A DNA stretch of 32,000 nucleotides from Flavobacteriaceae bacterium (GTDB lineage Bacteria; Bacteroidota; Bacteroidia; Flavobacteriales; Flavobacteriaceae): assembly GCA_965224465.1 (NCBI GenBank), contig OZ245049.1, forward strand, positions 3,900,001-3,932,000, in the 5' to 3' direction. A program made the position numbers and the translations under genes. Of the stretch, positions 1-6,063 are shown one piece after another. Within the stretch, counting starts at the first letter, position 1. Each line of letters starts with the position of its first letter. The notes under the pieces were generated by a model that was given only the letters and a program-made list of their open reading frames with translations, was not told the origin of the DNA and made no database searches.

Positions 1-184
1 GTTTAAAGGAAATACAGAAACTATTTTTCCTTTAACACTAGATGATGAGCACGGGTATTTATACACCGCTATGCAAATAGAACAACGCAATGGTGATGGT
101 TATTTAATTCGTCGTTCTTTTGATGCCATGATTGTCAAAAAAACAGCCTTTTTAAATGCCTACCCACTTCAAAACCCAGAATAA
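1..184 (+). CDS. Cassette gene S (small hypothetical protein), 3' fragment; the 5' end lies outside the window
   Basis: Identical to the 3' part of ORF 2034..2258. The stop TAA at 182-184 overlaps the ATG at 184 (TAATG). Confidence 0.6.
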   Translation, partial: FKGNTETIFPLTLDDEHGYLYTAMQIEQRNGDGYLIRRSFDAMIVKKTAFLNAYPLQNPE

Positions 185-563
185 TGAGTGATTTTTGGAA
201 AAACAAACCTTTAGAAAAAGTGATACGTCACCAAATAGAGTATCATCAAATAAAACAAGAACGTATAAAACCTAATAAACGCCTAGAGATACAAGAAGCT
301 AACGATCAATTTTTTGTAACAAATGAAACAGAAGCATTAACCGCTTTTTGGTGCTATTTTAGTATGGGTGTGGGAGGGGTGTTTTTTTTAATTATCGTAC
401 AATACTTTGGTGTTGGGTTTGTTAATATGGTTACTTTATGGATAGGATTACCTTTTGTTTTATTAGCTTTATTTCATTTAATCATATTCTTTTTAGTACC
501 AATAAAAGAAATAATATTAGACCGTTTACATGGCAAAATAACGTATCCTCGTTTGTTTGGTAA

Positions 564-1687
564 GCTGAATTCAAGTCACAAACGCAACTTTTAGTTAAAT
601 AATAATTGTTCCATTACAAATATAGGGTTTTGATATTTATGTCTCTTCCTAGGTCTGTTATTTAATTTTGTTTCTACCTCTTTGATTCTTTGATCTGTTA
701 GGTTTGTAAAGTCACTTCCTTTGGCAAAATATTGTCTAATCAAACCATTTAAATTTTCGTTAGATCCTCTTTCCCAAGAGTGATATGGATGCGCAAAAAA
801 GTAATCAATACATAAATTTTCTGCAACCTGCTCATGGCCTGCAAATTCTTTTCCATTATCAGCTGTTATAGTATGTAGATAAGGCTTCCAGTCTTCTAAT
901 ATTTCATTGATAGCTTTAGTGACAACAACTGCTTCTTTAGAGCTTACTTTTTTCATTTTAAGCATTCCAGAAGCTCTATCATTTACGGTAAGTATGGCTT
1001 GATTATGGTTTTTACCTATGATTAAATCGACCTCTAAATCTCCAAATCGATTTCTTTGTTCAACAACTTCAGGGCGTTGTTCTATACTAATACGATTCTT
1101 TATAACCCCTCTAGAATCCTTTGATGAGCCACGTTTTCTATATCTCCTTCCCTGTCTGCGAAGGTGTGTATGTAAATCACCATCATTCCTCTTGTCTTCC
1201 CTAATATGCTGATATATACGCTCAATAGACACCGTTTCTTTACCTTGTTTTTTTAGGACACCAACTACTTGCTCAGGACTATAATCGTCTCGCAATAACA
1301 ACTCTATTGCTTGTTGAATATCTTCTGTAAAGCGTTTTCTTTTAGGCTTTTCTTTATGACGTTTAGCATACTTTTTTTGGGCTAATTCATGCTTGTAAAC
1401 TCCATTTCTTTTGTCTGAATTACGCTTAATCTCTTTGCTAATAACAGACTTGTCTTTTCCTATAGCAGCTGCTATCTCAACCTGTTTATAACCTTGTTTT
1501 AACATGCAACAAATTGTGTATCTTTGCGCTTGGGTGATGTGTTTCATACAACTTCTTTTTTCGAGATTTGAGACCGTAAGATACATATCCATCAAGACAA
1601 GAAAGGTAGGTTTTCCTACTTTTCTGTTTTGAAAATATAACCATCATAGAATCAAATCGAAAAGTTGCGTTTATTAGTTGAATTTAA
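564..1687 (-). mobile_element. IS30-family insertion sequence (~1124 bp)
   Basis: Imperfect terminal inverted repeats: GAATTCAAGTCACAAACGCAACTTTT at 567-592, versus the reverse complement of the right end, AAATTCAACTAATAAACGCAACTTTT. Flanking GTAA at 560-563 and 1688-1691. Removing the element plus one GTAA restores the uninterrupted sequence tttggtaataaag seen in copy 3. The exact junction is ambiguous by 1-2 nt. Confidence 0.85.
591..1547 (-). CDS. IS30 family transposase
   Basis: N-terminal HTH (QRYTICCMLKQGYKQVEIAAAIGKDKSVISKEIKRN), DDE core (LEVDLI ... TADNGKEF) and the family hallmark NENLNGLIRQYF. The track ORF extends to 1595. The ATG at 1547 (MKHITQAQRY) fits typical IS30 N-termini better. 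Confidence 0.9.
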   Translation of the reverse strand: MKHITQAQRYTICCMLKQGYKQVEIAAAIGKDKSVISKEIKRNSDKRNGVYKHELAQKKYAKRHKEKPKRKRFTEDIQQAIELLLRDDYSPEQVVGVLKKQGKETVSIERIYQHIREDKRNDGDLHTHLRRQGRRYRKRGSSKDSRGVIKNRISIEQRPEVVEQRNRFGDLEVDLIIGKNHNQAILTVNDRASGMLKMKKVSSKEAVVVTKAINEILEDWKPYLHTITADNGKEFAGHEQVAENLCIDYFFAHPYHSWERGSNENLNGLIRQYFAKGSDFTNLTDQRIKEVETKLNNRPRKRHKYQNPIFVMEQLLFN

Positions 1688-2033
1688 GTAATAAAGAGCA
1701 TCGTACCATACAATTTGATTCGTTGCACGTGTATGCTACCATGACCACCACTGGCGATTTTGCTGCGACAGGAAAAAAAATACGCATTAAAGACAGAAAG
1801 TACAGTTATACATGGGATTTAGAAAGTAGTAATCCAGATGAATATTGGAGTTTTATGGTGTGGTATATGGATAGGAACAGGCCATTGCCTCCTGGTACTG
1901 CTTTTGATCCGTATAGGAAAAAGGACTTTGAGCGCAGAAAAACCGCGGGATTTCCTAAGCCTTTATATCCAAGCAATATAGCAACACCTGAATTTACCAA
2001 GTCGCAACAAAAAGAACGGAAATTAATTGGAGG

Positions 2034-2258
2034 ATGGTAATAAAATCGCATGCAAAAAATGCTGTATTATGTAAGTTTAAAGGAAATACAGAAACTATTT
2101 TTCCTTTAACACTAGATGATGAGCACGGGTATTTATACACCGCTATGCAAATAGAACAACGCAATGGTGATGGTTATTTAATTCGTCGTTCTTTTGATGC
2201 CATGATTGTCAAAAAAACAGCCTTTTTAAATGCCTACCCACTTCAAAACCCAGAATAA
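2034..2258 (+). CDS. Cassette gene S (74-aa hypothetical protein)
   Basis: Its ATG overlaps the upstream L stop (ATGGTAA) and its stop overlaps the downstream L start (TAATG). Conserved in three copies. Confidence 0.65.
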   Translation: MVIKSHAKNAVLCKFKGNTETIFPLTLDDEHGYLYTAMQIEQRNGDGYLIRRSFDAMIVKKTAFLNAYPLQNPE

Positions 2259-2990
2259 TGAGTGATTTTTGGAAAAACAAACCTTTAGAAAAAGTGATAC
2301 GTCACCAAATAGAGTATCACCAAATAAAACAAGAACGGATAAAACCTAATAAACGCCTAGAAATACAAGAAGCTAACGATCGTTTTTTTTGTAGAAAATG
2401 TATCAAGTGCACTGATTTATTCGAAAATATCATTTTTTACAAGTATAGCCTTTGTTCTGATTTTTTATTTAATTTCTTTAATGAATATAAAGGGGGGATT
2501 TCCTTTAAAAGGATATTTAGGAATTACCCCTTTTTTGCTAATAAGCCTTATTTTTCTAATCATACATTTTATGGCGCCAATAAAAGAAATAATATTAGAC
2601 CGTTTACATGGCAAAATAACGTATCCTCGTTTGTTTGGAAATAAAGAACATCGTACCATACAATTTGATTCGTTGCACGTGTATGCTACCATGACCACCA
2701 CTGGTGATTTTGCTGCGACAGGAAAAACAATACGTATTAAAGACAGAAAGTACAGTTATACATGGGATTTAGAAAGTAGTAATCCAGATGAATATTGGAG
2801 TTTTATGGTGTGGTATATGGATAGGAACAGACCATTGCCTCCTGGTACTGCTTTTGATCCGTATAGGAAAAAGGACTTTGAGCGTAGAAAAACCGCGGGA
2901 TTCCCTAAGCCTTTATATCCAAGCAATATAGCAACACCTGAATTTACCAAAGCGCAACAAAAAGAACGGAAATTAATTGGAGGATGGTAA
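2258..2990 (+). pseudogene. Cassette gene L copy 2, frameshifted by one extra T in a homopolymer tract
   Basis: ORF 2258..2644 carries the L N-terminus and ORF 2481..2990 the L C-terminus in another frame. T8 at 2383-2390 contrasts with T7 at 3333-3339 in intact copy 3. Deleting one T gives one open frame across 2391-2481. Confidence 0.8.
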
Positions 2991-3208
2991 TAAAATCGGA
3001 TGCAAAAATTGCTGTATTATGTAAGTTTAAAGGAAATACAGAAACTATTTTTCCTTTAATACTAGATGATGAGCACGGGTATTTATACACCGCTATGCAA
3101 ATAGAACAACGCAATGGTGATGGTTATTTAATTCGTCGTTCTTTTGATGCCATGATTGTCAAAAAAACAGCCTTTTTAAATGCCTACCCACTTCAAAACC
3201 CAGAATAA
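2984..3208 (+). CDS. Cassette gene S (74-aa hypothetical protein)
   Basis: Same overlapping start and stop arrangement as 2034..2258. Differs from it at 3 nt, all amino-acid changing (H6D, N9I, T27I). Confidence 0.65.
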   Translation: MVIKSDAKIAVLCKFKGNTETIFPLILDDEHGYLYTAMQIEQRNGDGYLIRRSFDAMIVKKTAFLNAYPLQNPE

Positions 3209-3939
3209 TGAGTGATTTTTGGAAAAACAAACCTTTAGAAAAAGTGATACGTCACCAAATAGAGTGTCACCAAATAAAACAAGAACGGATAAAACCTAAT
3301 AAACGTCTAGAAATACAAGAAGCTAACGATCGTTTTTTTGTAAAAAATGTATCAAGTGCACTGATTTATTCGAAAATATCATTTTTTACGGGTCTAGGCA
3401 TTCGCTTGTTCTTTCTTTTAATAACAATTGGAACTCCAAAAGAAAAAATACAAATAAATTTAAATTTGGTAGTTATTCCTTTTATATTAATAAGCCTTAT
3501 TTTTCTAATCATACATTTTATGGCGCCAATAAAAGAAATAATATTAGACCGTTTACATGGCAAAATAACATATCCTCGTTTGTTTGGTAATAAAGAACAT
3601 CGTACCATACAATTTGATTCGTTGCACGTGTATGCTACCATGACCACCACTGGCGATTTTGCTGCGACAGGAAAAAAAATACGCATTAAAGACAGAAAGT
3701 ACAGTTATACATGGGATTTAGAAAGTAGTAATCCAGATGAATATTGGAGTTTTATGGTGTGGTATATGGATAGGAACAGGCCATTGCCTCCTGGTACTGC
3801 TTTTGATCCGTATAGGAAAAAGGACTTTGAGCGCAGAAAAACCGCGGGATTTCCTAAGCCTTTATATCTAAGTAATATAGCAACACCTGAATTTACCAAA
3901 GCGCAACAAAAAGAACGGAAATTAATTGGAGGATGGTAA
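3208..3939 (+). CDS. Cassette gene L copy 3, intact 243-aa membrane protein (hydrophilic N-terminus, two hydrophobic segments, ~140-aa conserved C-terminal domain)
   Basis: Single uninterrupted ORF. Hydrophobic segments are ISFFTGLGIRLFFLLITI and VVIPFILISLIFLIIHFMA. No family recognised. Confidence 0.75.
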   Translation: MSDFWKNKPLEKVIRHQIECHQIKQERIKPNKRLEIQEANDRFFVKNVSSALIYSKISFFTGLGIRLFFLLITIGTPKEKIQINLNLVVIPFILISLIFLIIHFMAPIKEIILDRLHGKITYPRLFGNKEHRTIQFDSLHVYATMTTTGDFAATGKKIRIKDRKYSYTWDLESSNPDEYWSFMVWYMDRNRPLPPGTAFDPYRKKDFERRKTAGFPKPLYLSNIATPEFTKAQQKERKLIGGW

Positions 3940-4093
3940 TAGAAACTACTTAGATACATCTATAATACGCAATATATGATGCGCTAACAGATTTTCGTAA
4001 ACATAAAAAAATTACACCTAGCCACCTGTCACATGAATAAGATTTGCGTAAGTGTAGTGTTTATGATTCTAAAAAGATCATGGGTGTTTTTTA

Positions 4094-4253
4094 TACCAAC
4101 TTCATTTCCAAGTGACGGTTTAGAAATAGAATTACTTTTTTGTTCTAGCTAGGCGGAAAATGGAAGGATAGCCTTAGCTATCGTTCTGTTTTTCAACAAC
4201 GATAGCACGTAAAATAGACTATTTATATCGGTCATTTTGGATTTTAATTGGTA
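4094..4253 (+). repeat. MITE-like intergenic repeat, full-length copy A (~160 bp)
   Basis: Left arm TACCAACTTCATTTCCAAGTGACGGTTTAGAAATA. The reverse complement of the right arm is TACCAATTAAAATCCAAAATGACCGATATAAATA, an imperfect ~34-bp inverted repeat of the left arm. The core matches copy D. Confidence 0.8.
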
Positions 4254-4256
4254 GTA

Positions 4257-4366
4257 TAGCTAGGCGAAAATTCTTAGGGTAGCCATTAGCGATCGTTCTA
4301 TTTTTATCAACGCTAGAACATATAATAAAATATTTATATCTGTTATTTTGGATTGTAGTTGGTGTA
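4257..4366 (+). repeat. MITE-like repeat copy B (core + right arm only), starting 3 nt after copy A
   Basis: tagctaggcgaaaa...caacgctagaaca...atatttatatctgttattttggattgtagttggtgta aligns with the core and right arm of copies A and D. Confidence 0.7.
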
Positions 4367-4567
4367 CGTTATACGTGTCTCGGATGCTGGTTTTGTTTTC
4401 AAGCAACTCAAATCTTTAAGTAACTGTTTGGGAATGTGTGATCGGATCGGATGTTTGTCCTGTATAAATTTGAAGCTATTTGGGTTTCTGTAGTAAACCG
4501 AAATCTTGACCTGAATGTTCTTCTTTTCTCTGTTTATAATTTTTTTATATTTTCATTAAATTTACAG

Positions 4568-4597
4568 TTGTAAATTTAAATAAAGGTTGTACCTTTG
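4568..4597 (+). promoter_or_regulatory. Putative Bacteroidota sigma-A promoter of tRNA-fMet (-33 TTG, -7 TACCTTTG)
   Basis: TACCTTTG at 4590-4597 fits the TAnnTTTG consensus and ends 10 nt before the tRNA 5' end. TTG at 4568-4570 lies 19 nt upstream of it. Confidence 0.5.
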
Positions 4598-4607
4598 CAA
4601 TCGAAAT

Positions 4608-4680
<73 letters not shown>

Positions 4681-4690
4681 CTAAAAGCGG

Positions 4691-4722
4691 AAAGCTTCAT
4701 CGTAAAGATGGAGCTTTTTTTT
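4691..4722 (+). terminator. Rho-independent terminator after the tRNA
   Basis: Stem aaagcttcatc / gatggagcttt with loop gtaaa, followed by a T run. Confidence 0.7.
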
Positions 4723-5075
4723 GTGAAAAAATGTAGCTCCCTGTGATGGAATTAAGCAGAAACTGGAGGGTAATAAAAGACGTATGAGAATTATAAGTGC
4801 TTTTACGCTTGTAATTATAAATAAAGGAGCTTTGTATGCTGCCTCTTTTGTGCTTGATATGGGGATGATAGTAGAGGTGTTTGACTGTTTAGTGTCAGCT
4901 TGTTTATTTTCTTTTAAAAGCGTTGTTTAACGCCTCTTTAATTTGTTAAAGCCTATAATTATATTGAATTATTTTTTACAAGATAAAAGGTATAATAGCT
5001 TCGCCTTTGTTATCGCAATCTAAGTATGCAAATAGGTGTGAAATAGAAACCATAGAATGCAACATTATATACTTA

Positions 5076-5183
5076 TACCAACTACATCTCCAAGTGACGG
5101 TTTAGAAATGGAATTACTTTTTAACAACGCTAGAACCTAAAATAAACTATTTATATCGGTTATTTCGGCTTGTAATTGGTGTA
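5076..5183 (+). repeat. MITE-like repeat copy C (both arms, ~52-nt internal deletion)
   Basis: taccaactacatctccaagtgacggtttagaaatggaatta...aacaacgctagaacc...ctatttatatcggttatttcggcttgtaattggtgta. Confidence 0.75.
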
Positions 5184-5303
5184 AACCGCTTTCAAGATAA
5201 TGGTTTTGGTATAACAATGACCTTTGAGTATTTCTTTTTGGAAACTATTAATTTAGAATTAATTATTCTTTATCCAGATAAAGAACAATGTTCATTTGAT
5301 GGT

Positions 5304-5333
5304 GAAAAACACGGTTGGTGTTTTCCAACCGTG
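5304..5333 (-). terminator. Rho-independent terminator of small ORF 5346..5498
   Basis: Perfect 9-bp stem cacggttgg / ccaaccgtg with a 6-nt loop, followed by a U run on the minus-strand RNA (gaaaaa on plus, 5304-5309). Confidence 0.75.
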
Positions 5334-5345
5334 TCGATTTTATTG

Positions 5346-5498
5346 TTATTTTTTTGAACTAGAAGAACCTCCTTTTGAGCCAGATGAACTTCCTTTCGAA
5401 CTTCCTCCTGATTTACTTGATGAAGCATTGCTTCTTCCACTTCCAGATTTATTTCCTGTTGCACTTGGTGCATTTTGCATTCCGCTTGATTTTGCCAT
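5346..5498 (-). CDS. 50-aa Ser/Gly/Lys-rich hydrophilic small protein (below the ORF-track cutoff)
   Basis: Manual translation gives MAKSSGMQNAPSATGNKSGSGRSNASSSKSGGSSKGSSSGSKGGSSSSKK-stop. ATG start, with a strong terminator 13 nt downstream. The track ORFs 5270..5473(-) and 5296..5517(+) are other frames of the same low-complexity DNA. Confidence 0.55.
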   Translation of the reverse strand: MAKSSGMQNAPSATGNKSGSGRSNASSSKSGGSSKGSSSGSKGGSSSSKK

Positions 5499-5698
5499 AC
5501 TAGTTTTTTTTATTTAACACCTACTTCTGTTTTTAGTCTTTTTTCGGTTTATTCCGACTTTTTTTATCGAATTGCGTAGAACGTTTAGCTAAGCGCAGTG
5601 CGGATGTAGAAATGCGAGGCATTTCGTTAAGCAAGAGCAGAGCTGTTCTTTGTTAATTTTCTTTCTCAGAAAAACAAATCATTAGATTTTATTAATCT

Positions 5699-5842
5699 TT
5701 ACTTTTTAGAATTTTTAGCTGCTGCACTTTGGGCTCTAGCAGCAAAACTTCCTTTTGTTACTTCTCCAGAATTTGAAGATTTTGAAGAATTACCTTGTAT
5801 TCTTGCTGCTGCAGATTGTGACATTGATTTTGATTTACTCAT
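5699..5842 (-). CDS. 47-aa hydrophilic small protein with a duplicated AAR-x-Q motif (below the ORF-track cutoff)
   Basis: Manual translation gives MSKSKSMSQSAAARIQGNSSKSSNSGEVTKGSFAARAQSAAAKNSKK-stop. Same strand as 5346..5498 and upstream of it. Confidence 0.45.
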   Translation of the reverse strand: MSKSKSMSQSAAARIQGNSSKSSNSGEVTKGSFAARAQSAAAKNSKK

Positions 5843-6063
5843 AATATTTAAATTAAGTTATTAGGCTTCACTTTTTAGAAGACTCTCTTCTATTAAAATC
5901 TTATTTACACCTCAAATATCCAAAAGATTCCATTTAATTTTCTCACTTTGTGATAAAGTCATCCTATTTGGGATATAGGGCTTGTTTTTGTGGTTTTATA
6001 TAGAAAAGCAACTTGAAAAACAGTATTTTTAGGCTGAAATTAGCAATACTGACGCCCTTATTT

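Larger units (their letters stand above)
184..2040 (+). pseudogene. Cassette gene L copy 1 (two-TM membrane protein), interrupted by an IS30-family insertion
   Basis: ORF 184..594 matches the L N-terminus up to ...ITYPRLFG, then reads into IS sequence (KLNSSHKRNF-stop). ORF 1678..2040 resumes at NKEHRTIQFDSL..., exactly the next residues of intact copy 3 (3208..3939). Confidence 0.85.
1..3939 (+). repeat. Tandem array (>=3 units, ~950 bp period) of a two-gene cassette (S + L); first unit truncated by the window edge
   Basis: S starts at 2034 and 2984, and L starts at 2258 and 3208, both exactly 950 nt apart. From 184 to 2258 is 2074 nt, which is 946 nt after removing the 1124-bp IS and a 4-bp duplication. 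Nucleotides 1-184 are identical to 2075-2258. Confidence 0.9.

Noticed and set aside
567-592. Possible relationship between the IS30 terminal repeat (..TTCAAGTCAC..) and the MITE-like arm (..TCCAAGTGAC..)
   Set aside because: Only a ~10-nt patch is similar and the flanking arm sequence diverges completely. This is insufficient to claim that the IS30 transposase mobilises the repeat. A genome-wide end alignment would be needed.
184-594. The 136-aa ORF reported as complete by the ORF track
   Set aside because: It is the 5' part of L copy 1 running into IS30 terminal sequence. The last 10 residues are IS-encoded, so it is treated as part of a disrupted gene rather than a separate gene.
1-3939. 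The tandem repeats as a CRISPR array or a diversity-generating retroelement target
   Set aside because: The period is ~950 bp with protein-coding units, not 25-40 bp repeats with spacers. No reverse transcriptase or template repeat is present, and the variable-core differences are not restricted to adenine positions.
1806-3959. Antisense ORFs inside the cassette array (1806..2051, 2465..2701, 2756..2950, 3366..3686, 3705..3959, and 1018..1212 opposite the transposase)
   Set aside because: They are repeated only because the sense-strand genes are repeated. They lie wholly within better-supported genes on the other strand and look like shadow ORFs.
4784-4930. 48-aa hydrophobic ORF (MRIISAFTLVIINKGALYAASFVLDMGMIVEVFDCLVSACLFSFKSVV) downstream of the tRNA
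   Set aside because: It has no terminator or promoter-like signal beyond a weak 5-bp hairpin. AT-rich intergenic DNA yields such ORFs by chance. It cannot be supported without conservation or expression data.
5270-5517. Track ORFs 5270..5473(-) and 5296..5517(+)
   Set aside because: They are alternative frames of the same low-complexity DNA. The third frame (5346..5498, minus) has an ATG, a coherent composition and a terminator 13 nt after its stop, so it is preferred.
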